DNA of 64,000 nt, taken from NCBI RefSeq assembly GCF_006345805.1, contig NC_043010.1, positions 45,198,001-45,262,000 on the forward strand, read 5' to 3'. A program made the translations under genes and the position numbers. The stretch comes from Octopus sinensis. Its lineage: Eukaryota. Below, piece after piece: positions 37,463-50,530 of this stretch (within the stretch, counting starts at the first letter, position 1; each line of letters opens with the position of its first letter). The notes under the pieces were generated by a model, which was not told the DNA's origin, made no database searches, and worked only from the letters and a program-made list of their open reading frames with translations.

Positions 37463-38795
37463 ATAGATAAATAAACTCGCAGTTGTTGTCGAAGATCTAA
37501 TTTAGATATATTACTGATCCAGCTTTGGGATATTACTTTACTCATTCCTACTGAAATCTTCTTGAAGCAATTGCTGAGTCATTTCAATAAGCCAAGCGAA
37601 GAAATTATGCGGAATATGAGCTTATCTGTATTTCACCATCATGAATAATGCATCCAGAAACTAAGAAATGAAATATTAGTATTAGCTGAAATGAGGAGTT
37701 ACAATGACTGAATGCATAATATGAGGGGTTTTGGGGTTGTTTTTTTTTTCCTAGTGGGAGAGTCATAAGTTCGCATACAATTACAGAGCGAGTGGACTTT
37801 GAGATCAATTCCACAAGTGTTTGTGGCGTTTTATAGATAATACAGTTAATTTTACGTGCTTCGGTTTAATAAGCACTTGAGAATAAGACAGGTAGACAAA
37901 TTTTTGCGGAATATTGCCGATAATAGCCTGGTATTTTGTTTAGTAGACCCATTGGCAGCAAGAACTTTTGCCAAGCTACGGCCCAGTTAAATATATTTAC
38001 TTAAGCTAGTAGTTTTCGGTTCCAGCTTAATAACTGTTTCTTATTAAGGCAGAAGGCTAGCACATATGAGAGAATGGGGTGAGTTGATTACACCAGCATC
38101 AGTTCTTAAATCGTACTGTATCTAATCAACTGCGAAAGGATGAAAGGCAAAGTTGGCTCCGGCGGGATTTGATCTCAGAACGTAAAGAACCAGAACAAAT
38201 ACGGCAAAACACTTTTTCTGAGTGAAAGGAAAACTAAAGGAAGAATTCTTCTATTTTAGAATTCTTTCTAAATTTAGCACAAGACTAGCAATTTTAGGAA
38301 ACGTTTAAGTCGATTACATCGACTGCTGTGGTCTATTGGTAACTTATTTTATCGACCCCGAAAGGGGTAAAAGACAACGCCGGCCTCGATAATTAACCGG
38401 AAGAAATAGTGCAAAGCATTTTTCTGGCTCTCTAATGATTCCCTTAGATTCCCTTAGATTCTTTGGTATGATAGTTGTTAGTATGAAGGGTTTTTTAAAC
38501 AATTCTATAGGAGATAAAAGACCACCTTCCTGTGTATTTGTTTCTATACTTATACTCATACATACATGCATGCATACATACATACATACATACATACATA
38601 CATACATACATACATACACATACCTTTGTCAGTATTCAATACATTCAACTTTAATTGAATAACTATGTGATACGCTACTACATTATGAACTAGTATCGAG
38701 TTCTTTATTTTAGTTTATAATACATATATACAATGCATACACACATTCACTTATCATATACAGGCAACACACAGACACATATACGCTGTGTGTGC

Positions 38796-38841
<46 letters not shown>

Positions 38842-39609
38842 GCAGAGAGAGACAGTAGGGTTGGGTAAGAGAGAAAATACACAAACGTTGCAAATAATGA
38901 AACGAATTTTTTAAAAAAATAAGAAATATAAAACAATTTAATTATTTGAACAAGAGAAATTATTAATTAATTTACAATCATATTGTGTTAATATCAATAT
39001 CATTCCCATACTTGATGTTTTGTTCATTCTATATTCAGTTGTGCAGCTATTCTTCTTACCATGTATTTCTTTGCTTCTTTTAATACAGTTTTTTTATTCT
39101 TGGTGATAACTTTGTTGTTGTCGATCGTTCTTATTAGTTGCAAGAAAGGGTGGTCGTTTTGACGTTAAGTTATTTTTTCATCGTTTGTGTCATCATCTGC
39201 TGCGCTGTCGACGAAATTCCATACGTAAACAAGAATTCTGATGTGTTAATACGACTCAAATGATGATTGTCCGCTCTCAGTAAAATTTTAATTGAGTTAT
39301 TTTTTCCACCAAAGAAAAAGAACAGAAAATATAGAGAAAGAGAAATAAATAGGCGTTAATCTTATAAACTATATTAGAAAATATTCCAATAGCTCTTATA
39401 TCGATTTTGCTAATGAACACAACTTGTAAATGCGAAAAGACTTTTGTCAGATAATTCAATTGCCCGCATTTAATCTGTTCCAAAAAAATCATTGAAAATT
39501 TTTTATTACCTATTCTTGAGGAGTTTTGAAATCGTTAATGAATTATTACCATTTTCTAGAGCGTAAAAATTCACTAAAAGCAAATTCTGTAGAAACATTG
39601 AGTTACAGT

Positions 39610-39960
39610 ACAACAATAGGTAGCATCGTTAAATCGTCGTGCAAAATGCCTCGCGGTATTTAGTTATGGCTATTTATATCCTGAATTTAAATCTCGCCGA
39701 GGTTAACTTTGCCTTTCAACCCTCAAGGATGATCAATAATATAAAGTACCACTCATGCAGCAAGCTGACAGAAACGTCGGGCAAAATGTTTAGTGGCATT
39801 TCGTCAGTCTTTACGTTCTGTGTTCAAATTCTGCCGAGGCACACTTTGCCTTTCGTCTCTTCGGGTCGATAAAATGAGTAGTGGCTGAACACTGGAATCG
39901 ATGTAATCGATTTACCCACTCCACCGAACTTGCTGGCCTTGTGCCAAAATTTGAAACTAA
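39610..39960 (+). mobile_element. Two adjacent diverged SINE family B copies
   Basis: Core motif GCCTTTC...TCGATAAAAT.AGTA twice, tail1 at about 39930. Confidence 0.75.
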
Positions 39961-41059
39961 TATAAAGTACCACTCAACTACGAAATTTACATCCAGCATT
40001 CATTCGTGGATGGATGTAGCTTGGTAATAGTTTCAGTCATAAACTGACATAAACACCTTTCACTTGGCGGCACTTAAGCCATGATACAGCGGCATCCTCA
40101 ACCGGATGGTAATCACTTAAGTTGACAGTAGCACATTCGAAAAATCTAGACGTACTTATCAGACAGTTGAAACTGCCTTCAGCAAATATGAGAGGTTTTT
40201 TTAAATCTCACATATTAGCTACACATCTCAGTGGCTACAAACGTGCCTTGAAGGATCTCACACTTTCAGCATACACTTTCCTGAGATGGAATTGATTGAC
40301 GCAAATGTCTCAAGAGCCTTTTGTGAATATTATTTATATGACTGTCGGCAACTGAAGCAAGTTAGGTTTTGTTAAGCAATTCTTTTGCGTTTGAGCTTTG
40401 AGGTCAGTCTTGCCTGCCAACGAGTGCTTGATCCACGTTTGAATAGAAACTGCGAAATGCTATTTTTGTTTCAAGGGACATTAGTGGCGACGTGATGCTA
40501 AAAGTGTTGTACTCGGTAATGTTTGTAGTGGTGGTGGTAGTGGGTATAGTGGTGATAGAGCTGCTGTTAATGCTCATGATCAGTTTTATTGATTGTTTCC
40601 GTTACAACGTTAGTGGCAAGACAATTTGGCATTGAATTCAGTAATCATTTTTTTTTGTTTGCTTTTATTTTCGCTGTTGCTGTTTTAAAAAAAAAAATTG
40701 TGTTGGATCACATTATTTTTGTTGCTTTTAGGGTAGTAGTGGTGGCGGTATTATCTGGCATATTACTGGTGTAGCCTGAGTTGTTATCACAGTTACTCGA
40801 TGCGCTATTACTGCGGAGTAGCTATTGTTACTCCTCCTTCGCTCCTCAATAAACAACGTATGGGTGCTATGTTTTGAGAGGAATTCTATGCGGTTTGAAT
40901 AATTCACCTCTGGAAACATGATTGTTTTGTTCATCATCTTTATACAAACCTTATTCAGTGACCTATTGAGAGGGATGGGCTACTCGACCGGAAGAAAATT
41001 CTCATTGGGCCTCACCTGCAAGGTCATGCGCTATTTATCTTGATAATCAATCCAAACAT

Positions 41060-41235
41060 GAACAAACAAGAAAAAACAACGCGAGTACGTGGAATAAGTA
41101 CAATGTTATTGGACGCTCAGGAAAGGAAAGAAAGAGGATTTCACGTTTCGAACGGAGCTCTTCATCAGAAATATAGAAAAAGTTCAAAGAAGGGAAGACG
41201 GAGAAAGAAAATCGCCAACGATGCACACGTGGTCA
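41060..41235 (-). mobile_element. Short PLE pseudo-LTR-like repeat with near-intact hammerhead (41138-41172)
   Basis: ATTT-CTGATGA-A-GAGC-TCC-GTTC-GAAA-CG-T-G-AAAT; the cleavage-site nucleotide is G rather than H. Confidence 0.65.
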
Positions 41236-41492
41236 CACACACACACATACGTTTCTGTGTTTGAATTTGCCCCCTCCCCGTCGCTTGACAACCGATGTTG
41301 GTGTATTTACGTCCCCGTAACTTAGCGGTTCGGCAAAACACCCCGATAAAATAAGTACTAGGCTTACGAAGAATAAGTCCTGTGGTCGATTTATTCGACT
41401 AAAGGCGGAGCTCCAGCATACCACAGTCAAATGACCGAAACAAATAGAAAAATAAAATATATATATAACAAAATAATAATAATAATAATAAT

Positions 41493-41566
<74 letters not shown>

Positions 41567-41571
41567 TGATA

Positions 41572-41634
<63 letters not shown>

Positions 41635-41635
<1 letters not shown>

Positions 41636-42190
41636 CCTGATGCAGTACCAGGCAGTGGCTCTCATGGCTTCTGATCTTATTTGATTGGAAGTGTTATCAT
41701 GTACATTGTTTTGTCTTGGTATAAAAGATGGGCTACAGCAAATATTCTGCTCAATACCACAGATTTGCTTGTCAGTTGTTTGACCGTAACCAGTTGAGCA
41801 TGTCCCTTAGTGGCTGACGATATGTGCATCTCTGATCACGAGCAGAAGTAGTGGGGGAGCATCATAGCCATGTGTTGAGAGGGATTCTTTGGGGTTTTAA
41901 TAATTCACCTCTGGAAACATGGGTGGTTCTTTCAACATCCTTAAACAACCCTTATTATTCAGGGACCTTTTGAGCGGGATGGGCTACTCAACCTGAAGAA
42001 AATTCTAACTGGGCCCCACCTGCAAGGTCATGCGCTGTTTATCTTGATATGAGATCACCATGTCGCGCACATATGATTGTGATGCATGTGCCTGGTGTAC
42101 CCTTATCTGACGGGTAGTCATGATGGGTATATTGGGCTTCGTATATTTTACCCCAGTGTCACTTTGATGGCATGCACTGCTCTCTCACTC
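41635..42190 (+). mobile_element. 555-bp non-coding interspersed element flanked on both sides by (TAA)n
   Basis: Near-identical reverse-complement copy at 62651-63205; older partial copies at about 40870-41045 and 60606-60770. Confidence 0.88.
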
Positions 42191-42191
42191 A

Positions 42192-42235
<44 letters not shown>

Positions 42236-42350
42236 TAATAAGTGGTGGTGATAATGGGGGTGATGGTTATGGTGGTGATGGTGATGGTGATGATGGTGAT
42301 GGTGGTGATGGTGGTGATGGTGATGGTGATGGTGGTGGTGATGGTGATGG

Positions 42351-42401
<51 letters not shown>

Positions 42402-42428
42402 GGAGGAGGAGGAGGAGGAGGAGGAGGA
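42191..42428. repeat. Compound trinucleotide tract (TAA)n-(TGG/TGA)n-(GAT)n-(GAG)n
   Basis: Directly visible. Confidence 0.95.
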
Positions 42429-42847
42429 ACAAAAACGATTTCTAACTTTGCAACAACCGCAGATCGGGGTACGCGCTGGGGACAAATGTTATGATTACTA
42501 ACACTCTCGAAGATGCATCTCTGTGCAAAATTTCATTAAAAATATGCGTTTTCAGAAAATTAAGAGCGAAACTGGTCAGTAGTTATAACCAAAACTTTTC
42601 GTAACAAATCATTTAATACAAATGTGCACAGATAGACACACGCGCGCATGCACACACACACACACGCACGCCTTTCACGCGTGCGCGCGCACGAACTCAA
42701 GTATTAACTTCTTTTCTTTCAAAAATAATTTCTATACCAAAATTTGAATTCATGCACGCGCGCATCTTTGTGAAATTAAGTATATTTGTTTTTGAAACTA
42801 TGATCGCTCACAGAAGATTCTCCCAGGAAAACAAAAGATTATATTGC

Positions 42848-42901
<54 letters not shown>

Positions 42902-43483
42902 GTGTGTGAGTGTGTGTGTGTTTATTGTCTATATGTGTATGAACTTCCATAATATAAAACCAACATGTAGTACTTTGTTTTCAACTCTTTTTTTTTTATT
43001 TGGCTTTTGAATATACATTATGAAATTAAATGAAAATACATTTTTCGCAATGTTTACGGCGAAAAAATTGCTGTTTCATTTTGATCAAAATGGCTACTCC
43101 AGCGTTTTGCAAAAACCTCTCATTACAGCGCGCTGTAACTACAATTCTCTCGTTTTCCGTCACCTATATTTAATCTCTCTGACTGCCATTCACTTTCTCT
43201 CTCCATCCATCCTTTTAGTTTGCCTCTATTTATGTGATCACGAACAAAAACACTTTACAAATTACTGTGATTATTTCCATCGAAAGAATAGTTTTATAAG
43301 AAGCAATTTATTTTCTCGTGCGCCATTTTTGCCTGACTCGGAAAGAGAGGTAATATTAAATATCACATTTATGACAGGAAAGATTTTCATGTCAGAATGT
43401 TTACGAAAAGATTCCGTAAGTTGCCTTTGTTTCTATCTTATTTTTCTTATTTTACTTTTAACAACAAAACTTTATTTTATTTA

Positions 43484-43877
43484 CTAGCAGTATCGCCCGG
43501 CGTTGCTCGGGTTTGTTTCGACCCTTTAGAATTGGAAGTTTTGACAAGTAAAAATTTTGCACCATGCAGCTTGTTATTCTCTTTAAGTGAACATTTTTCT
43601 GGTTGAAATACACCGAAAGATGACGACACAGCAGTAAAAAAAATCGTAAACGATAGGGATTTTCATAGAAAAAAAGGCACCTTTTTGATGTAAATAATTT
43701 TTGGTGTTAACATGGTCCGATTTGAATTTTTTCTTCTACGGAAGGAAGAGCAAGCCTTCTTCTAACATACTCTCAATTTTGGTCAACTTGCGCCGCAGGG
43801 TCTCGGAGGAGATAGTGTTAGTTGAAGGCTACTAAACCTGCCACACACAGACAACTTCAGCTTTATATATAGAGAGA
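43484..43877 (-). mobile_element. Non-autonomous Helitron, sister of 36097-36490
   Basis: Same termini and body. Confidence 0.88.
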
Positions 43878-44139
43878 TTAATATAGCTCTAAAAGCTGAG
43901 ATTGTTAACGGCCAACTGGACAACTGACGCTGATAATATACTTCTTAAGCTATTATTGAAGCCCTGTTATATTTATGGCTAAGGTACACATCACTCGTGA
44001 ACTCGAAGTATTTAAGTTCGTGACCTTACAAAGGCTTCGGATTTAACATAAGTGCTAAAAAAAAGAACACAGTTCTATGTCTAATGCTATCGAGAGCGCT
44101 ATAGCATGGACCAGACGATTAAGACATTTTCTTCTATTA

Positions 44140-44525
44140 TTTCAGTCATTAGACTGCTGCCAAGCTGGGCCACCACCCTAAATTTTTTTTTAGTCGATCG
44201 AATTAACCCCAGTACTTAGTTTTTATTTTTAAGCCTAGTGCTTATTCCATCGGTTTCTCTGCAGAACTGCTTAGTCACGGAGATATAAACACACCAGCAC
44301 CGGTTGTCAAGTGGTGATAGGGACAAACATATATACACACACACACATACACATATTTATATATACGGCGAGATTCTTTCAGTTTCCGTCTACTAGGTTC
44401 CCTCACAAGGCTCTGAATGGCCTGGGGCTAAATAGTAGAAGATACTTGCTCAAGGTGCCGCACAGTGAGACTGAACTCTGAACCATGTGGTTGGGAAGCA
44501 AACTTTTTACCACACAACCATGCCA
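44140..44525 (-). mobile_element. Diverged SINE family A
   Basis: Family A body and tail recognisable with many substitutions. Confidence 0.8.
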
Positions 44526-45049
44526 GCACCTGAAAATTTATGCTTTTACAGGTTTTCTGTAAATTTATGTAAATTACAGGTTTTATGTAAATTTATGTAA
44601 ATTTAAAACAGAGCTGTACACACCCTCTCTTAAGCAGAGACACATGTATATGTAAATTAAGCGAATGGATCCTCCGTCGGTTTAGACAGTGTGTATTCGA
44701 CCTGTTCGAACAACAGGACTGCTTCCTCTTATTAACATGTAAGTGGTACGCCAAAGACACATGTAGAGTTAACGTAATTCTTAGGTAGATTTAGTGTGAC
44801 ATTCTGTGTAACTAGGCTACCAACTGAAATTATTGACACAAGTTATACGACAATTTCCATACAGTTTCCGTCTACCCAGTTTTATTCTCAAGGCTTTGGT
44901 CGACTACAAGCTAGGGTAAACCACACGTACTTAGATGCAATAAACGAAGGAAAGAACCTGGAAGCGAACCTGGAAACTTACCATCATGAAGTGAGTCTCA
45001 TTACCTTGCGGTATATCAACACACAAGCAAGCACGCGCCGCGCACACAT

Positions 45050-46390
45050 CATGCACCATACACACACATACATGCATGCATATATACATACATACATGCA
45101 TACATACATACATACATACACACACATCATACACACACACCATACACCATACACACATGCATACATACATACATACGTACATACGTACGTACATACATAC
45201 ATACATACATACATACATACATACATACATACATACATACATACGTACGTACACACATACCAACATACAAATACATTAACTTACATTAGCATGTGTATGT
45301 GTGTGCATGTATATGTATGCATGCATAGGTGCATACATATATGCATACATAGATACATAAACATCGACTTACTTTAGCATATGCGTGTGTATTACATACA
45401 TACATGCATGCATACATACATACATGCATAAATACATACATACACACATACATACATACATACACGCATACATACATACATACATAAATACATACATAAA
45501 TACATGCATACATACATACGTAAATACATGCATACATACATACATACATACATGCATACATACATACGTACATACATACATGCATACATACATACATACA
45601 TACATACATACATACATACATACATACATACATACATGCATGCATGCATACATACATACATACATACATACATACATACATACATACATACATACATAGG
45701 CGTTCTGTTGTACGCGTATAATTCTAGCTTTCTCGCTTTTGTTTCTGTTCCGGTTTTCGTTCTTGTATACACTCGTTTGCCTTTCCCAGAGGCTTAATAC
45801 TTTTAGCTTAAGATCCTGGTACCCACCGGATTCTAGAAGTATCGCTGATAAGGGGGAAAAACTACAATGACTTTCCAGACTCCGACTGATGAGCAAATCG
45901 ACTGCGAATTTACCCGAGTATCTTGTTTTTATCCTGTTTGCCATTTGTCGTATTATCGTCTATTTTTCTGCCTGTTGAGTTTTGCTGGTTTCCGTTTGTT
46001 GTGTTCTTTCTGTTCTACCTTTGATACATACATACATACATACATAATACATACATGCATGCAGGCATACCTACATGCATGCATGCATACATACATACAT
46101 ACATGCATGCATACATACATACATACATGCATGCATGCATACATACATACACACACACGCACATACATACATGCATACATACATACATACATACATGCAT
46201 GCATGCATACATACATACATACATACATACATACATGCATGCATGCATACATACATACATGCATGCATACCTACATACATACATACATACATACATACAT
46301 ACATACATACATACATACATGCATGCATACATGCATACATACATACATACATACATACATACATACATACATACATACATACAAAAATAC
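45050..46390. repeat. Two large (TACA)n/(TGCA) arrays (45050-45697, 46025-46390)
   Basis: Directly visible; source of the HTYI/VCMY ORFs. Confidence 0.96.
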
Positions 46391-46428
46391 ATAGGCGCCT
46401 TTTCAACAATTTCTTTTTTAACTCTTTA

Positions 46429-46797
46429 GGCTCAGGAGTGGCTGAGTGGCAAGTAGCTTGCTTACTAACCACATGGTTCCGGGTTCAGTTCCACTGCGTG
46501 GCACCTTGGGCAAGTGTCTTCTACTATAGCCTCGGGCTGACCAAAGCCTTGTGAGTGGATTTGGTAGACGGAAACTGAAAGAAGCCTGTCGTATATATGT
46601 ATATATATGTGTGTGTGTATATGTTTGTGTGTCTGCGTTTGTCCCTCCCCGCAACATCGCATGCTGGCGTGTTTACCGATAGAATAAGTACTTGGCTTAC
46701 AAAGAATAAGTTCTGGGGGTCGATTTGCTCGACTAAAGGCGGTGCTCCTGCATGGCCACAGTTACATGACTGAAACAAGTAAAAGAGAGTAAAGAGT
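46429..46797 (+). mobile_element. Full-length SINE family A
   Basis: Head GGAGTGGCTG...GGTTCAGTTCC (A/B boxes), body, tail GACTGAAACAAGTAAAAGAG. Confidence 0.92.
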
Positions 46798-47766
46798 ATA
46801 CATACATACATACATACATACATTCATACATACACACATACATACATACATACATACATACATACATACATACATACATACAACCATGCATACATACATA
46901 CATACATGCATACATGCATGCATACATACATGCATACATGTATATATGTATGTATGTACGTGTACAGACATCATAAATTTTCATTAGGCAGTCGTTTCCT
47001 AATTACCTTCCATCTCTTGGGTTGGGATAAGAAAATGGGATTTGTGAGGTTCATGCCTTTCCCACAAGCGTGACACACTTTAGTGAAGTGCAAGTGAATA
47101 GCTTCAACTGAGAATCAGAACGGTGTCACGGTCAAAACTCACTTTCTCAACGGCTTAGTTTCCACTCCTAAAATGCTTTGCTTTCTTCAGCTCACGGAAT
47201 AAGCTACCTTTAACGAGCATTCACTCCCATACGTGGCACACAAATAATTTACATGACGCTTAAGCGTAAAAGAAGAGTGGCGGTGGTGGTGGTGGTGGGG
47301 GGGGGGCACTAAATTTACTTATTTCGTATATGGATTTCTTTGTCTCTGTCACATGATTCTTGACACTTAGAAGGAACAAGGAAGAAACAAAAAAGAAAAA
47401 AAACTGGGGGGAAAAAATAAAAAGAACACAGAAAAATAAATAAATAGAGGAGAGAGATAAATGTTGGTTTGTGTCCAGTCCAACATTTTCTCTTTCTTTT
47501 TCTTTATAATATAATATACATTATATTTCGAAAAAAAAAAAATAAATGAATAAAAAGAATCTTTCGCTTTGTTGTCTACTCAAGCAAAACAAGCTCCTCA
47601 CAGCAAATCTTTTATAGCATAATTGTACTTTTTATTCAAGGGAACCATCTGTTCATGATCTTTGCGCGATGGGCAACCCTATAATCAGAAAAAAACACCC
47701 CCTAGGGTTAGAAGGTAGGGTGAGAACGACTGGATTAATGAATGAATGAATGAGTGAATATAGCGA

Positions 47767-47805
<39 letters not shown>

Positions 47806-48179
47806 ATAGATGAATAAATAAATATGAACCGTGCTGTATCATTCATCATTTCACAGATGTCGCATTCGTCGTTTCCTAAATGGGGCATGCTGGTCTGGGA
47901 CTACGGCACTGTGCGCGTGTCTGCCTTCGTTGTTGTGTGTAAATGTGTGCGTAAATGTGTGGATGTGTGCTGCGTTCGTTCATTATTCTATGTGTGCGTG
48001 TCTGTGTGTTATATGTGTGCGCGTGCATGTGTGTATGTGTGTATTGTGTGTGTGTGTTTTAACCTTCTCTATGGTCATTCAATTAATGTTATTGTTGCTG
48101 TCGACGGTGTTATTTTCATTGTTATATACTATAGTTCACACTGGGATACACCCTTCCACTCCATGCAATAAAAAGCATG

Positions 48180-48189
48180 TGTGTGTGTG

Positions 48190-48226
<37 letters not shown>

Positions 48227-48690
48227 TGTATGTATGTATGTATGTATGTATGTATGTATGTATGTGTGTATGTATGTATGTGTGTATGTGTATGTATGTA
48301 TGTATGTATGTATGTAGTATGTATGTATGTGTGTGTGTATGTATGTATGTATGTATATGTGTATGTATGCATGTGTGTATGTGTGTATGTATGTATGTGT
48401 GTATGTATGTATGTATGTATGTGTGTGTATGTGTGTATGTATGTATGTATGTATGTATGTGTGTATGTATGTATGTATGTATGTGTGTATGTATGTATGT
48501 ATGTGTGTATGTATGTGTGTATGTATATATGTATGTATGTGTGTATGTATGTATGTATGTGTGTGTATGTGTGTATGCATGTATGTATATATGTATGTAT
48601 GTATGTATGTATTTATGTATTTATGTATGTATGTATGTATGTATATATATATATAGTTTGTATGTATGTATGTGTGTGTGTATTTTTGCA
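48180..48690. repeat. (TATG)n array
   Basis: Directly visible; source of the 294-aa and 220-aa low-complexity ORFs. Confidence 0.96.
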
Positions 48691-48710
48691 CGTATGTATT
48701 TATGTGTGCA

Positions 48711-49200
48711 TCTAACTATAATGAGTGTTATGTCCGTCTGTCTGTTTGTCTGTTCCCTTTTCACGGTCAAACGGCTGGACCAACGGTCACGATGTTTTTC
48801 GGAATTACGAAGGAAGGTTTACATCGAAAAAAGAAAAAAGTGAAAAAGTATGATTTTTTTAGTGGATATTGAGTTTTGTATTAATAAATTACTTCGGCGA
48901 CGAGGATTAACTCTGGATTTCCCGCTCCCACCCCGTGTAGTTCGTCAATTTAGAGGGTTTAGATTTGCGATACTATCCCTTTATTTCCCATCGTAGATGA
49001 GCAAATTCCTAAAGATTCCGCTCGCGCATTCATAGCAAACAAGGTACAGGGCCAGGCTTTAGATCGTGTAGGTGTATTTTTACCCACTCCGATGTTTACA
49101 CACAGTTAGTTATTAGTCGCTATGAGTAGAGCAACGGACTCCAGTAATCTGAAAATTAGAGTCAACCAAACAGAAAATATAGTCTGCAAAGAAGTTTTGT
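48711..49200 (+). mobile_element. Internally deleted Helitron: 5' terminus joined to the C-terminal remnant of the Rep/Pif1 helicase
   Basis: A|TCTAACTATAATG...GTCTGTCTGTTTGTC...CACGGTCAAACGGCTGGACC; 49005-49199 reads ANKVQGQALDRVGVFLPTPMFTHS*LLVAMSRATDSSNLKI..TENIVCKEVL (INKSQGQ...HGQLYVA.SR motif). This frame is not in the ORF track. Confidence 0.88.
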
Positions 49201-49202
49201 TA

Positions 49203-49633
49203 TCAAGAAGCTTGGCGATCTTTCGTCTCTAGTAGATCTTTCCGTCGATTTCCTTTTTTTTACATATGGGCTTGCGGGAACTTTTGAAGTAATATACATA
49301 TATATACACATACACCGAGTAAAAAATTTCAGTTATCTCTTTCTTTCACACATTACTCTGTCTCTTCACACACACTAACAGAAGCACTTCACTTACACAA
49401 CATACTGTCTGTCTCCCACACCCCATCAAACACACACACACACATGTACATCAATGCTCCCATGCACGGTAACTTCAAAAGAACTTCCCTCGTCATAAAA
49501 TCGCTTTCTCTTAGTCTCTTTCGCTCTCATTACTTCAAAAGTTCCCGCAAGCCCATATGTAAGAAAAAAAAAATTTTTTTACGGAAATCGACGGAAAGGT
49601 CTACTAGAGACGAAAGATTGCCAGAAGCTTTGA
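49203..49633. mobile_element. MITE with about 90-bp terminal inverted repeats and TA flanks
   Basis: TCAAGAAGCTTGGCGATCTTTCGTCTCTAGTAGA...GGGAACTTTTGAAGTAAT mirrored at about 49528-49633. Confidence 0.88.
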
Positions 49634-49942
49634 TATTATCGAATTTGTGAAGTTTGAATGTATAAGAGTAATAGACCTAAATAAATTTAACTTGTACGTT
49701 AAAAGATATTCTTTAGGACAACATGAAATAGAATAAAGTAAAATATACCTATGCATAAAAGGTGCGTAGATTATGAATTTTGATTGAAAGGATGGGACCT
49801 CAAAACAAAAAGTTGTAGGGGGCCTCTAAAACTCACGTGATGGAGCTGGACATAGTATTTAACTTTGTAATCAATATGTACGTGTGCGCGCGCATGTGTG
49901 TCTGTATACATATGTTAGTATGTATGTATGAATGTGGAGTGG

Positions 49943-50299
49943 TGGAAGCACTCCGTCGGTTACGACGACGAGGGTTCCGGTTGATCCGATCAACGGAACA
50001 GCCTGCTCGTGAAATTAACGTGTAAGTGGCTGAGCATTCCACAGACACGTGTACCCTTAACGTAGTTCTCGGGGATATTCAGCGTGACACAGAGAGTGAC
50101 AAGGCCGGCCCTTTGAAATACAGGTACAACAGAAACAGGAAGTAAGAGTGAGAGAAAGTTGTGGTGAAAGAGTACAGCAGGGATCACCACCATCCCTGCC
50201 GGAGCCTCATGGAGCTTTAGGTGTTTTCGCTCAATAAACACTCACCGCGATCCTATGACCGCGAGTCCGCTGCCCTAACCACTGGGCCATTGCGCCTCC
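49943..50299 (-). mobile_element. SINE family C with 10-bp TSD (GTATGAATGT)
   Basis: TSD at 49926-49935 and 50302-50311; small deletion over the B-box region relative to 30176-30551. Confidence 0.92.
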
Positions 50300-50339
50300 A
50301 CGTATGAATGTATGTGTGTTTAGCGACTTTTATTATAGA

Positions 50340-50530
50340 TACAGGCGTGGTTGTATGGCAAGAAGCTTGCTTCTTAGCCATATGGTTCCGGGTTCAGTCC
50401 TTGGGCAAGTATCTTCTACTTTAGTCTCGGGCCAACCAAAGCTTTGTAAGTGAATTTGGTAGATGGAAAGAAGCCCATTGATGTTAGCGTATTTACACCA
50501 CCGTAATGTAGCGGTTCGGCAAAAAGAAGC
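50340..50530 (+). mobile_element. SINE family A, partial
   Basis: Head GGCGTGGTTGTATGG...GGTTCAGTCC and partial body. Confidence 0.8.

Noticed and set aside
42172-42501. Gly/Asp/Glu-rich ORF resembling an acidic protein tail
   Set aside because: Pure trinucleotide repeats abutting a transposon and (TAA)n; no splice or coding context.
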